DNA of 64,000 nt from Lentisphaeria bacterium UBA1732 (GCA_002315855.1 DCIG01000013.1:1522-65521), one strand, 5' to 3'. Positions 1 through 9,922 are shown, numbered from the stretch's first letter. The notes: a model not told the origin generated them from the letters alone. Numbers and translations: made by a program.

Positions 1-2395
1 GACATTCATGTGCGGCTACGGATCGGGAGGCGGCGTGGAACCGCCGTACAAATATAATATCATCGACGGACTCCTGCTTCATCAGCCCTATCAGATCAGC
101 CTCGACAAGGATGTTCTGACGGCATATCAGAACTGGTGCACCGCACACCCGCTTCCGACAGGCGGCTGGGGCAACTGGCCGCTGAATGCACCTGAAATGC
201 CGCTGGAAGAATCATTGGTAAAGAATGCCGCATCGCGCTGCGGGACAGCGCTGGTTATTCTCGGACGCGCCGCAGGAGAAGACAGAGAATGCAAGCTGGA
301 AGCGGGGAGCTATTATCTGACCGATCTGGAAAAAGACATGCTGAAGAAAACGACCTCCAGTTTCCGCAAAACCATCGTGGTCGTCAACTCCGGCAATATC
401 ATCGATATGTCATGGCTGAACAATTATCCTGTTCAGGGAGTTGTGTACGCATGGCAGGGCGGAATGGAAACCGGTCCGGCACTGGCAGAAGTGCTTTGCG
501 GCAACGTGTCCCCGTCCGGACATCTGGCAATGGCAATCGCCAATCGCTATGAAGACTATCCCTCCGCCTCGAATTTCGGCAACCGCAATTTCAACAACTA
601 CGCCGAAGACATCTTCGTGGGCTACCGCTATTTCGAGACATTTGCGCCCGAAAAAGTGATGTTCCCGTTCGGCTACGGTCTGAGCTACAATGATTTTGAA
701 ATCAAGCCCACCAGCGTTACGGAAAACAAAGGAACGGATTCCGGTCTGTTCAGCATGATCAGCAGTGTTTTCACCAAGGAAACGGCTCCCGGCATCACCG
801 TGAAAGCCATCGTAACCAACAAAGGCGGCGCACGGACTTACGGCAAAGAAGTGGTGCAGGTCTACTGCGCTCCCCCGCAGGGCAAACTCGGCAAACCCGC
901 CCGCGTGCTGGTCGGTTATGCAAAGACTCCGCTTCTCGCGCCTCCGCTGTCCAATCCGAAAAACGGAGCCCCGGCAGGACGCAATTCCTGTGAAGTTACC
1001 ATTACCTTCCCCGCCGCAGCCGCAGCATCGTTCGACGATTCCGGAGCAACGGGACATCAGGCGGCATGGGTTCTGGAAGCCGGCACCTACGACATCTATG
1101 TGGGCAACTCCGTCCGCAGCGCAGTCAAAGCCGGATCGTTCAAAATCGCAGATACCATCGTAACCGAACAGCTGGAATCCGCCTGTGCAGTCGATCCCGC
1201 CAACGCATTTGACCGCATGGTCGCCAAGGAAGAAAACGGAAAGCTGGTTCCGAAGTTTGAAAAGGTGGCACTCTCCGGCGCAGACATGGCTCAGCACATC
1301 CGCGAAAATCTGCCGAAGACCATCAAGGAAACCGGCGACAAGGGCATCAAACTGATTGACGTTTACAACGGCAAAAACACGCTGGATGAATTCATCGCCC
1401 AGCTCACGCCGGAAGATCTGGCGGCGCTGCTCCGCGGCGATATGAACAAGGGAAGCCGTCTCGGTCCCGATATGAACGCATCCGTTTACGGCGGCGTTAC
1501 GCAGTCGCTCCGCGACAAAGGCATCCCGGCAATTCCGTGCGACGACGGTCCGTCCGGTCTTTGGCTCCATGGCCCGGTCTCACTGCTCCCCATCGGCTCC
1601 ATGCTGGCCTGCACCTGGAACACCGAACTGGTGGAAAAACTCTACTATGAGCTGGGCAACGAAATCGATGCAAACGGATTTGACGCCATTCTCGGTCCGG
1701 GCATGAACGTGCACCGCAATATTCTCTGCGGACGCAACTTCGAGTATTTCTCCGAAGATCCTCTGCTGGCAGGCACCATCGGAGGCGCATCCGTGCGCGG
1801 TCTTCAGAACGGCGGAGTTACCGCAGTGCCGAAGCATTATGCGCTGAACAATCAGGAAGTCAACCGCAACCGCAACGATTCGCGCTGCTCCGAACGCGCC
1901 ATGCGGGAAATCTATCTGCGCGCCTTTGAAATCATGGTCAAGACCGGAAAACCCGAAAACATCATGGGCAGTTACAATCTGGTCAACGGCGAATGGGCGT
2001 CCTACAACTTCGACCTCTGCACACTCGTTCTCCGCAAACAGTGGGGCTGGGACGGAATGCTGATGACCGACTGGTGGCAGCAGGCTTATGAATCAAAGAA
2101 ATTCTACACCCGCAACAACGCTCTCCGGGTTCGTGCACAGACAGACGTACTGATGCCGGGCGAGGGACCCGACCGCAACGACAGCACAATTTTACAGTCG
2201 TACAAGCAGTGGGATGCCGCAGGACGTCCGAATGACATCACATCCGGTCTGACACTGGGCGAAATGCAGCGGAGCGCAGCCAATGTGCTGAAATATGCCA
2301 TGAGATCGCGTTCCTTCCGCAAACTGCACAACCTGCCGAATCTGTACAAGCCGGGTGCCAACTGGTTTGAAGCAGATTCCGTGCTGGCGGAATAA
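1..2395 (+). CDS. Glycoside hydrolase family 3 (beta-glucosidase/xylosidase-like) with permuted domain order; 5' end probably outside the window
   Basis: The frame is open from nt 2 to the ATG at 8. The first ~230 aa carry alpha/beta-sandwich hallmarks (VVVNSGN..., FPFGYGLSY). An Fn3-like segment follows (GKEVVQVYCAPP). The TIM-barrel catalytic domain comes last (GRNFEYFSEDP, KHYALNNQE, nucleophile motif GMLMTDWW). Confidence 0.85.
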   Translation, partial: TFMCGYGSGGGVEPPYKYNIIDGLLLHQPYQISLDKDVLTAYQNWCTAHPLPTGGWGNWPLNAPEMPLEESLVKNAASRCGTALVILGRAAGEDRECKLEAGSYYLTDLEKDMLKKTTSSFRKTIVVVNSGNIIDMSWLNNYPVQGVVYAWQGGMETGPALAEVLCGNVSPSGHLAMAIANRYEDYPSASNFGNRNFNNYAEDIFVGYRYFETFAPEKVMFPFGYGLSYNDFEIKPTSVTENKGTDSGLFSMISSVFTKETAPGITVKAIVTNKGGARTYGKEVVQVYCAPPQGKLGKPARVLVGYAKTPLLAPPLSNPKNGAPAGRNSCEVTITFPAAAAASFDDSGATGHQAAWVLEAGTYDIYVGNSVRSAVKAGSFKIADTIVTEQLESACAVDPANAFDRMVAKEENGKLVPKFEKVALSGADMAQHIRENLPKTIKETGDKGIKLIDVYNGKNTLDEFIAQLTPEDLAALLRGDMNKGSRLGPDMNASVYGGVTQSLRDKGIPAIPCDDGPSGLWLHGPVSLLPIGSMLACTWNTELVEKLYYELGNEIDANGFDAILGPGMNVHRNILCGRNFEYFSEDPLLAGTIGGASVRGLQNGGVTAVPKHYALNNQEVNRNRNDSRCSERAMREIYLRAFEIMVKTGKPENIMGSYNLVNGEWASYNFDLCTLVLRKQWGWDGMLMTDWWQQAYESKKFYTRNNALRVRAQTDVLMPGEGPDRNDSTILQSYKQWDAAGRPNDITSGLTLGEMQRSAANVLKYAMRSRSFRKLHNLPNLYKPGANWFEADSVLAE

Positions 2396-2451
2396 GCTGT
2401 GATGAAAAATTATGTCCTGATGAAAAAATCATCAGGATATGATGCGAAGAA

Positions 2452-2487
2452 GCCCTGTCGGAAATGACGGCAGGGCCTCTTTCTTTA
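2452..2487 (+). terminator. Rho-independent terminator after GH3
   Basis: The 9-bp stem gccctgtcg/cggcagggc (one G-U pair) has a 7-nt loop and is followed by ctctttcttt. Confidence 0.6.
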
Positions 2488-2527
2488 TAGAGAAAGCGGT
2501 AAATTGATAAAAAAAGAGTGATTTTGC

Positions 2528-2556
2528 TTGAAAAATAGAAAGATAAGATATATATT
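2528..2556 (+). promoter_or_regulatory. Sigma-70-like promoter of rex
   Basis: TTGAAA (2528-2533), 17 nt, TATATT (2551-2556), about 65 nt upstream of the rex ATG. Confidence 0.5.
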
Positions 2557-2621
2557 TATATTGGTTGTTTCGATAAAAAAACATCCAATTATTTCCAAAA
2601 AATCAAAGGATACCACAGCTT

Positions 2622-3326
2622 ATGGCAGACCGGATTAAAATTCTCAACTCACCATCGGTAAGACGTATGCCGTCTTATCTGCATAAACTTATGCTGATGC
2701 ACGCGGATGGGGAAAAGAATGCGTCCGCGACAAAACTTGCAGAGTACATGGATTTAGATACGATTATCGTGCGCAAGGACTTCGAGCTTACGGGAATCAC
2801 GGGGCGTCCGGGCGTAGGATATCGCACTGACGAGCTGATTGAGGCAATTCGCCGTTTTCTCGGCTGGGATATTGACTGCGATGCATGTCTGGTCGGTGCG
2901 GGGTCATTGGGAAGTGCCTTGCTGGGGTATGAAGAATTTGCAGAATACGGACTGAAAATCACCCACGTATTTGATGCCGATCCGAAGAAGATCGGGACCT
3001 ATATCCATGGGCATAAGGTATTGGATATACGGAGGCTGCATGATGAACTGAGCGGATGTGCTCCGGCAGTTGCGGTCATTTGTGTGCCGTCGCATTCTGC
3101 GCAGAATGTGGCAGATGAACTGGTGTCATGCGGGGTCAAAGCTTTCTGGAGCTTTGCCAACGTATGCCTGCAAGTTCCGGCGGACATCATCGTTCAGCGC
3201 GAAGTCATCGCGGGCGGGTTTGCCATGCTGTCCATGAAACTGACCCACCGCGGAATCAAAGGCAGTGCGGAAACTGGAGTTAATCCGGCAAATCCGGACG
3301 AAACGTCAGGGAATAAGAATTCTTAA
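2622..3326 (+). CDS. rex: Redox-sensing transcriptional repressor Rex
   Basis: The N-terminal winged helix (RRMPSYLHKL..., ATKLAEYMDLD) and the Rossmann motif LVGAGSLGSALL match the Rex family. An AAAGGA RBS lies 11 nt upstream. Confidence 0.9.
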   Translation: MADRIKILNSPSVRRMPSYLHKLMLMHADGEKNASATKLAEYMDLDTIIVRKDFELTGITGRPGVGYRTDELIEAIRRFLGWDIDCDACLVGAGSLGSALLGYEEFAEYGLKITHVFDADPKKIGTYIHGHKVLDIRRLHDELSGCAPAVAVICVPSHSAQNVADELVSCGVKAFWSFANVCLQVPADIIVQREVIAGGFAMLSMKLTHRGIKGSAETGVNPANPDETSGNKNS

Positions 3327-3359
3327 TGTCAGAGATGACACAAACATAACAAAATGAAT

Positions 3360-3378
3360 CGATTATTTCAAATAATCG
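3360..3378. promoter_or_regulatory. Perfect 9-1-9 palindrome, candidate operator in front of the hydrogenase operon
   Basis: CGATTATTT-C-AAATAATCG ends 22 nt before the hydC ATG. It does not match the canonical Rex box TTGTGAA-N4-TTCACAA. Confidence 0.35.
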
Positions 3379-3400
3379 GTTCCAAAGAAAGGTAAAAACC

Positions 3401-3916
3401 ATGTGTTGCCAAAAGTTGTCGGAAGGAGCGGCGGCAAAATTCGCTGAGCTCGACGCTTTTATTGACAGTCTGGGAATTGACTGCAATGACGAGCGCCGGC
3501 GCGGACGCCTGATCCAGGTCCTCCATCGTGCGCAGAAGATTTTCGGCTATCTGCCGCGTGAAGTTCAGATCCATGTTGCACAGAAGCTCTTCCTCTCGGA
3601 AGCAGCCGTCTCCGGCGTTGTCAGCTTCTACAACTATTTCACTACAGAACCCAAAGGCAAGTACGTCGTGGATGTGTGCCTCGGTACAGCCTGCTACGTC
3701 AAGGGGTCCGAAAAAGTTCTTTCCGAAATCGAACGCGTTCTCGGCGTCAAGGCCGACACGAATCCGACGCCGGATGGACTGTTCTCCATTTCCGCACTCC
3801 GCTGCGTGGGTGCCTGCGGTCTTGCACCGGTAATGATGGTAAACGGCAAAGTTTACGGCAAAGTTACCCCTGCGAAGGCAGTTGAAATCATTAACGAATA
3901 CAAAAAGTTGGGCTGA
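3401..3916 (+). CDS. hydC: [FeFe]-hydrogenase gamma subunit, NuoE-like thioredoxin-fold [2Fe-2S] protein
   Basis: CLGTACYVKG and LRCVGACGLAPVMMVNG are the NuoE/HndA cysteine motifs. The stop lies 2 nt before the hydB ATG. Confidence 0.85.
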   Translation: MCCQKLSEGAAAKFAELDAFIDSLGIDCNDERRRGRLIQVLHRAQKIFGYLPREVQIHVAQKLFLSEAAVSGVVSFYNYFTTEPKGKYVVDVCLGTACYVKGSEKVLSEIERVLGVKADTNPTPDGLFSISALRCVGACGLAPVMMVNGKVYGKVTPAKAVEIINEYKKLG

Positions 3917-3918
3917 TC

Positions 3919-5850
3919 ATGGACAAGATTCTTTCTCAGGCCGCACTGCTGGACGTATTTAACGCCAGCAAAGGCAAGCTGGCACTTCGCTGCATCGCCG
4001 AACATGACATCAACTCCGCCAAAAAGGAAATTCTGTGCTGCGGCGGTACCGGATGCCATGCCTCCAATTCACAAGAGCTGATGGACAATCTTCGCGCCGC
4101 CATCAAAGAAAACGGTCTTGAAAATGACGTGAAAGTCATCCAGACCGGCTGCTTCGGTTTCTGCGCTCAGGGACCGATTGTCAAGGTCATGCCGGACAAT
4201 GTGTTCTATGTTCAGGTTACGCCGGCCGACGCCCGCGAAATCGTGGAAAAGCACATTGTGGGCAAGCAGATTGTGGAACGTCTGCTCTATGTCGAACCGA
4301 TGCTGAAAGAACGCATTCACGACTATGCCAAGATGTCCTTCTATGCCAAGCAGATGCGTATTGCACTGCGCAACTGCGGCATGATCAATCCGGAAGACAT
4401 CACTGAATACATCGCCGCAAACGGCTATCAGGCTCTTGCCAAGTGCTTGTTCCAGATGAATCCGGAACAGGTCGTTCAGGAAGTGTTGAACTCCGGTATC
4501 TGCGGACGCGGTGGTGCAGGATTCCCCACCGGTATGAAATGGAAAATCGCAGCCAGTACCAAAGCTGATGAAAAATACATCGTGTGCAACGCCGACGAAG
4601 GCGACCCCGGTGCATTCATGGACCGCTCCATCATGGAAGGCGACCCCAACAGCATCATCGAAGCCATGGCAATCGGTGCCTATGCAATCGGCGCACAGCA
4701 TGGTCTGGTCTACATCCGCGCAGAATATCCGCTGGCGGTGAGCCGTCTCCAGATGGCCATCGATCAGGCTCGCGAATACGGTCTGCTCGGCAAGAACATC
4801 ATGGGCAGCAATTTCTGCTTCGACATTGAAATCAAGCTCGGTGCAGGCGCATTCGTCTGCGGCGAAGAAACCGCCCTCATCCACTCCATGGAAGGTATGC
4901 GCGGCGAACCCACCACCAAGCCTCCGTTCCCCGCGAACGTCGGCGGCGGTTACTGGGGATGCTCCACCAACGTGAACAACGTTGAAACCTACGCATCCAT
5001 CCCGGTTATCATCCTCAACGGCGCACCGTGGTATGCCAAGATCGGCAACTGGAAGCCGGAACTCGATGCCAACGGCAACTTCGTGAAGACTGTCAGCGGC
5101 AACGCCGGTACCAAGGTGTTTGCACTCGCCGGTCAGATCAACAACGTCGGTCTGGTCGAAGTCCCGATGGGCACCACGCTCCGTGAAATCATCTACGAAA
5201 TCGGCGGAGGCATCTCCGGCGGTTATGAATTCAAGGCCGTGCAGACCGGCGGTCCGTCCGGCGGCTGCATCACCAAGGAAAACCTGGACACCCCGATTGA
5301 CTATCTCAACCTCGGCAAGATCGGTTCCATGATGGGTTCCGGCGGTATGATTGTTCTTTCCAACAAGGACTGTATGCCCGCCATGGCCAAGTTCTACCTC
5401 GACTTCACCAAGGATGAATCCTGCGGCAAATGCACTCCGTGCCGTATCGGTACCCGCCGTATGCTGGAAATGCTGGAAAAAATCTGCGACGGCACCGCCG
5501 ATGAAAGCACTTTGAACAAGCTGGAAAATCTCGCCAACACCATCCGCGACACCGCTCTCTGCGGTCTCGGTCAGACGGCTCCGAACCCGATTCTCAGCAC
5601 ACTCCGCTACTTCAAAGACGAATATCTCGCACACGTGCGCGACAAAAAGTGCCCCGCCGGCACCTGCCGCAAGCTGTTCAAACTGACCATCACCGACACC
5701 TGCATCGGCTGCACCAAGTGCAAACGCAACTGCCCGGTCGGCGCAATCAGCGGCGAAATCAAACAGAAACATGTCATCGATCAGACCAAGTGCATCAAGT
5801 GCGGTGCTTGTATTGATGGCTGCCCGAAGAAAGCAATCGTCAAAGAGTGA
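3919..5850 (+). CDS. hydB: [FeFe]-hydrogenase beta subunit, NuoF-like NAD(P)H/FMN-binding protein
   Basis: Contains an N-terminal [2Fe-2S] (CCGGTGCHAS...CFGFCAQGP), GRGGAGFPTG, ESCGKCTPCR, and two C-terminal ferredoxin motifs (CIGCTKCKRNCP, CIKCGACIDGCP). Confidence 0.9.
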   Translation: MDKILSQAALLDVFNASKGKLALRCIAEHDINSAKKEILCCGGTGCHASNSQELMDNLRAAIKENGLENDVKVIQTGCFGFCAQGPIVKVMPDNVFYVQVTPADAREIVEKHIVGKQIVERLLYVEPMLKERIHDYAKMSFYAKQMRIALRNCGMINPEDITEYIAANGYQALAKCLFQMNPEQVVQEVLNSGICGRGGAGFPTGMKWKIAASTKADEKYIVCNADEGDPGAFMDRSIMEGDPNSIIEAMAIGAYAIGAQHGLVYIRAEYPLAVSRLQMAIDQAREYGLLGKNIMGSNFCFDIEIKLGAGAFVCGEETALIHSMEGMRGEPTTKPPFPANVGGGYWGCSTNVNNVETYASIPVIILNGAPWYAKIGNWKPELDANGNFVKTVSGNAGTKVFALAGQINNVGLVEVPMGTTLREIIYEIGGGISGGYEFKAVQTGGPSGGCITKENLDTPIDYLNLGKIGSMMGSGGMIVLSNKDCMPAMAKFYLDFTKDESCGKCTPCRIGTRRMLEMLEKICDGTADESTLNKLENLANTIRDTALCGLGQTAPNPILSTLRYFKDEYLAHVRDKKCPAGTCRKLFKLTITDTCIGCTKCKRNCPVGAISGEIKQKHVIDQTKCIKCGACIDGCPKKAIVKE

Positions 5851-5859
5851 GAATGAACA

Positions 5860-7617
5860 ATGAGTGAAGTTACCATTACAATTAACGGAAAGCAAGTTTC
5901 CGTACCTGCCGGCTCCACCATTCTTGAAGCCGCTCAGAAACTGAATATCAATATCCCGACCCTGTGCTACTGCAAGGAACTCGGCTGCGGCGTTTCCAAC
6001 AAGCCCGCATCCTGCCGTATCTGCCTCGTGGAAGCCACCGGCATCCGCGGTCCGCGCAAGATTCTTGCCCCGGCCTGCGCCACCCCGATCTCCCGCGACG
6101 GAATGGAAGTTTGGACCAACTCCACCCGTGCACTGAATGCACGCCGCACCGTGTTGGAACTCCTTCTCTCCGACCATCCGAGACACTGCCTGACCTGCGC
6201 CAAGAACCAGTCCTGCGAACTGCAGAAGCTGGCTGCTGAATTCGGCATCGAAGAAGTCGAATTTGAAGGCGAAAAGAACAAAATGCCCGTCGACAACTCC
6301 AGCGAAGCCATCATGCGCGACCTCAGCAAGTGCATCATGTGCCGCCGCTGCGAAACTGTCTGCAACAAAGTTCAGACCGTCGGCGCACTCACCGGTTACG
6401 GCCGCGGCTTCAAGGCCAAAGTCGGTACCGCCAGCATGATTCCGCTGGCCGATACCTCCTGCACATTCTGCGGTCAGTGCGTGAATGTCTGCCCCGTCGG
6501 TGCCATCACCGGTATCAGCTATGTCAAGAAAGTCTGGGCTGCCCTGAATGACCCGACCAAGACCGTCATCGTCCAGACTGCTCCGGCAGTCCGCGTTGCC
6601 GTCGGTCAGGAATTCGGTTTTGAACCGGGCGTTCCCGTGACTAAGAAGCTGGTCGCCGGTCTCCGCGCTCTCGGCTTCGACAAAGTTTTCGACACTAATT
6701 TCTCCGCTGACCTCACCATCATGGAAGAAGGTCATGAAATCGTCGAACGCGTTACCTCCGGCAAGAATCTCCCGATTCTGACCTCCTGCTGCCCCGGCTG
6801 GATCAACTTCATCGAACACAACTTCCCCGATCTGCTCCATATTCCGTCCTCCTGCAAGTCCCCGCAGCAGATGTTCGGCGCAATCGCCAAGAGCTACTAT
6901 GCGGAAAAGATGGGCATTAAGCCGGAAGACCTGATCGTCGTTTCCATCATGCCCTGCCAGGCCAAGAAATACGAAGCAGCCCGTCCTGAATTTGCTCCGA
7001 ACGGCGTCCGCGATGTCGACTATGTCGTTACCACCCGCGAACTCGTCCGCATGTTCCATGAAGCCGGTATCAATCTGGCCAATCTGGGAGACGAAGAATA
7101 CGACAGCCCGCTGGGGCAGTCCACCGGCGCAGCCGACATCTTCGGCGTTACCGGCGGCGTGCTGGAAGCTGCCTGCCGCTCCGTCTATTACATGATCAAC
7201 GGCAAGGAACTCGAAGGCGATGCCATCAACTTCCGTGCAGTCCGCGGTCTCGACGGCGTCAAGGAAGCTACCGTTCAGGTTGCTCCGGGCAAATCCATCA
7301 ACGTTGCTGTCTGCTCCGGCCTCGGTAATGCCCGCAAGGTGCTGGAAGCCGTCCGCAAAGACCCGAACCGCTTCCAGGCCATTGAAATCATGGCTTGCCC
7401 CGGCGGCTGCATCAACGGCGGCGGTCAGCCGTATCTGCACGGACAGACCGATTTGCTCGAAAAGCGCATGAAAGGTCTCTACACCGAAGACGAAAGCAAG
7501 GTCAAACGCTGCTCCCACCAGAACCCGGACATCCAGGCTCTGTACAAAGAATACCTCGGCGAACCCGGCAGCGAAAAGGCACATCATCTGCTCCACACCG
7601 TCTACCACCAGAAGTGA
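5860..7617 (+). CDS. hydA: [FeFe]-hydrogenase catalytic subunit (group A3-type, bifurcating-type architecture)
   Basis: H-cluster motifs TSCCPGW, MPCQAKKYE and ACPGGCINGGGQP are present, with N-terminal 2Fe-2S and 4Fe-4S ferredoxin motifs (CIMCRRCETVC, CTFCGQCVNVCP). Confidence 0.93.
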   Translation: MSEVTITINGKQVSVPAGSTILEAAQKLNINIPTLCYCKELGCGVSNKPASCRICLVEATGIRGPRKILAPACATPISRDGMEVWTNSTRALNARRTVLELLLSDHPRHCLTCAKNQSCELQKLAAEFGIEEVEFEGEKNKMPVDNSSEAIMRDLSKCIMCRRCETVCNKVQTVGALTGYGRGFKAKVGTASMIPLADTSCTFCGQCVNVCPVGAITGISYVKKVWAALNDPTKTVIVQTAPAVRVAVGQEFGFEPGVPVTKKLVAGLRALGFDKVFDTNFSADLTIMEEGHEIVERVTSGKNLPILTSCCPGWINFIEHNFPDLLHIPSSCKSPQQMFGAIAKSYYAEKMGIKPEDLIVVSIMPCQAKKYEAARPEFAPNGVRDVDYVVTTRELVRMFHEAGINLANLGDEEYDSPLGQSTGAADIFGVTGGVLEAACRSVYYMINGKELEGDAINFRAVRGLDGVKEATVQVAPGKSINVAVCSGLGNARKVLEAVRKDPNRFQAIEIMACPGGCINGGGQPYLHGQTDLLEKRMKGLYTEDESKVKRCSHQNPDIQALYKEYLGEPGSEKAHHLLHTVYHQK

Positions 7618-7656
7618 TTGACGCGGACAGATTCAGATAACCTGATCTGACTTTTC

Positions 7657-7690
7657 AGCTCTCCTGAAGAAATTCGGGAGAGCTTTTTTG
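7657..7690 (+). terminator. Rho-independent terminator of the hydCBA operon
   Basis: The 8-bp stem agctctcc/ggagagct is followed by TTTTTT. Confidence 0.7.
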
Positions 7691-7703
7691 TTGGGAGGAA
7701 TGT

Positions 7704-7751
7704 AAAAAAAAGACATTTGACAATCCCCATAATACGATTTCGTCAAATGTC
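7704..7751 (-). terminator. Candidate terminator of the PL11 gene
   Basis: A perfect 10-bp inverted repeat gacatttgac/gtcaaatgtc has a 20-nt loop and is followed on the minus strand by T8. Confidence 0.45.
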
Positions 7752-7797
7752 AGAATTGAAAAATAAAATTGCAAATCAGAAATGATGCAACATTCTA

Positions 7798-9744
7798 TTA
7801 TTCTTGAAGTTTCGCTTTCAGGATGGTGCCGCGGAAGAGGATTTGTTCACCGGGGGATGCGGGGATTAAATCATTGCCGAAATAGAAGCCGGTATGAGTC
7901 GGCTGATTATAGCAATTGTTTTCCGCCGCAAGGCTGTTGCGGTAAACAGGTTCCTGAAGGAACGTATGGAAACGGTAGTCCGTCGGAATCGTGGACACGT
8001 AAACACGGAGATGTTTGCTGTCGGAGGTGCGAAGGACCACTTCTTCGCGCCAGTCGCCGAAAATATCGCCGATCAGACCGGGATTGTTTTTCGTGCCGTT
8101 ATTGGAAGCGCAGCCGTCAAACCGCATGATGGTGTCGCATTTGCCGGATTTCCAATTGAATTTGTCAATCTGCACCTTGTCATAGAGTTCGCGGAGGAGG
8201 TCGCCATCCCACCAGACTGCGAAATTCACAGTCAGATTTGCAGGACCTTCCAGCGAAGTGGAGGTCTGGGCGTTGTTCAGGCGATAGAGCAAATCGCCGT
8301 TCAAGCCGTGGAATCCGATGCCGGCGCCCGCCCACATTTCCACGCCTTTTGAGGTGGGGTCGACATCCGCCGCCATACAGCGTCCCACATCCTGCGGGCT
8401 GGGGAAACGGCTGATGATTTTTCCGGTCTGCAAATCGCGGAACGTTGCGCCGTCGCGTTTGTTTTCGTGGCAGAAGAAGCCCTGCAACCCGTCCATATCC
8501 AGCGAGAACTGGGTAACGTGCATGGCATCGCCATGACCGAGACGAGTGCTGTACAGACCTTTGCCGTTGTCATCAATCACGCAGGAACCGTAGACGATTT
8601 CGTCTTTGCCGTCGTGGTCGACATCCGCCGTAAAGAGGTTGTGATTGCCCTGTCCGGCATAATCGCGCCCATCGGCATTGGAATCGAAGAACCAGCGCTG
8701 TTTCAGCTTTTTGCCGTCCCAGTCATACGCGGCAAGCGTGGCTCTGGTGTAATAGCCGCGGCACATAATCGCGCTGGGGTGTTCGCCGTCCAGATAGCCG
8801 ATTCCGGCGAGGAAACGGTCGCTGCGGTTGCCGTAATCATCGCCCCAGATGGACTTGATGTTATTGCCGCGCGGAGGATTGTAGTCGATGGTGTCCATGG
8901 CGGCACCGGTCGCGCCGTTGAACACCGTGAGAAACTCCGGTCCCGCCAGAATGCGTCCGTTGGAGTTGCGGTAATCGGCAGAAGCATCCCCGATTGCTTT
9001 CCCTGTACCGTCGATGGTGCCATCAGCAGTCTTGCAAATCAGTTCCGCTTTGCCGTCGCCGTCGAAATCGAAGACCATAAACTGCGTATAATGAGCTCCG
9101 GCACGGATATTTTTGCCCAAATCAATGCGCCAAAGGCGTTTGCCCGTAATCTTGTAACAGTCGAGATAAACATTGCCGGTATAGCCGTTATGGGCATTGT
9201 CGTGGGCATTCGATGGATCCCATTTCAGGATGATTTCCAACTCGCCGTCGCCATCCACATCCGCCGCGGAACAGTCATTGGCGGTATAGGTATAACGTTC
9301 TCCGGAGGGGGTGGTGCCGTCCTGCGGCGGATCAAGCGGGAGGTCGATATAACCGACGGGAGCTTGTTCGGGAAGCTGATAATCCACGGATTGATCGGGG
9401 GTTTCCCTGCCGTCAATCACAGGCTTGACCGAATACGTGCCGCCTTTTGAGTTGCGGTCGATGAAAAAAGTTACATCCGAAACAGGTGCATCGTTGATTT
9501 TTTTGCCGTCGCGGTAGACATTGAATGCAACAGCCATAGGGTCCTGTCGCAGATAACGCCAGCTGACAAAGACTTCATCGGCACTCTGACGCACCGCAAT
9601 CACCCCCCGCCCGATTTGTTCGAGTTTCAGCTTGCTGTAATCATACCCGGTGGGCGGTTTGATTTCTTTCACGGCATCTGCGGCATAAAGCGCAGACAAG
9701 CTCAAAAATGCGAGCAGAAAAACAGAAAGTTTTCGGAATTTCAT
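7798..9744 (-). CDS. Rhamnogalacturonan lyase, polysaccharide lyase family 11 (YesW-like beta-propeller), secreted
   Basis: NIRAGAHYTQFMVFDFDGDGKAEL and repeated DxDGDG calcium/FG-GAP-like blades. A signal peptide MKFRKLSVFLLAFLSLSALYA starts at the ATG at 9744; the upstream ORF extension to 9819 is unlikely to be translated. Confidence 0.8.
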   Translation of the reverse strand: MKFRKLSVFLLAFLSLSALYAADAVKEIKPPTGYDYSKLKLEQIGRGVIAVRQSADEVFVSWRYLRQDPMAVAFNVYRDGKKINDAPVSDVTFFIDRNSKGGTYSVKPVIDGRETPDQSVDYQLPEQAPVGYIDLPLDPPQDGTTPSGERYTYTANDCSAADVDGDGELEIILKWDPSNAHDNAHNGYTGNVYLDCYKITGKRLWRIDLGKNIRAGAHYTQFMVFDFDGDGKAELICKTADGTIDGTGKAIGDASADYRNSNGRILAGPEFLTVFNGATGAAMDTIDYNPPRGNNIKSIWGDDYGNRSDRFLAGIGYLDGEHPSAIMCRGYYTRATLAAYDWDGKKLKQRWFFDSNADGRDYAGQGNHNLFTADVDHDGKDEIVYGSCVIDDNGKGLYSTRLGHGDAMHVTQFSLDMDGLQGFFCHENKRDGATFRDLQTGKIISRFPSPQDVGRCMAADVDPTSKGVEMWAGAGIGFHGLNGDLLYRLNNAQTSTSLEGPANLTVNFAVWWDGDLLRELYDKVQIDKFNWKSGKCDTIMRFDGCASNNGTKNNPGLIGDIFGDWREEVVLRTSDSKHLRVYVSTIPTDYRFHTFLQEPVYRNSLAAENNCYNQPTHTGFYFGNDLIPASPGEQILFRGTILKAKLQE

Positions 9745-9884
9745 ACTTGAGGACCTTTTTTTAGAGTTGCGGGAAAGTTTTGTTTTCCAGTAATATAGCC
9801 TGTCAAAAGTACAGTTCAAGGAATAAGCAGATTAAATTCTCATAAAAATGCGAAAAAAACGGCGAAAGGTATTTTCGGGGGAAG

Positions 9885-9922
9885 AAAAATCCCGATGACG
9901 GTTCAAGGATGTGCCATCGGGA
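9885..9922 (-). terminator. Candidate terminator of the GH95 gene
   Basis: The 8-bp stem tcccgatg/catcggga is followed on the minus strand by TTTTTCTT. Confidence 0.5.

Noticed and set aside
3327-3400. A canonical Rex operator (TTGTGAA-N4-TTCACAA) upstream of hydC.
   Set aside because: No match was found by eye. Only unrelated palindromes are present.
4069-7608. A 1179-aa minus-strand ORF spanning hydB and hydA.
   Set aside because: It is exactly antisense to two genes with unmistakable catalytic motifs. Its composition is low-complexity and rich in A/G/V/D/F, with no recognisable domain or RBS. This is a typical shadow ORF of GC-rich, codon-biased genes.
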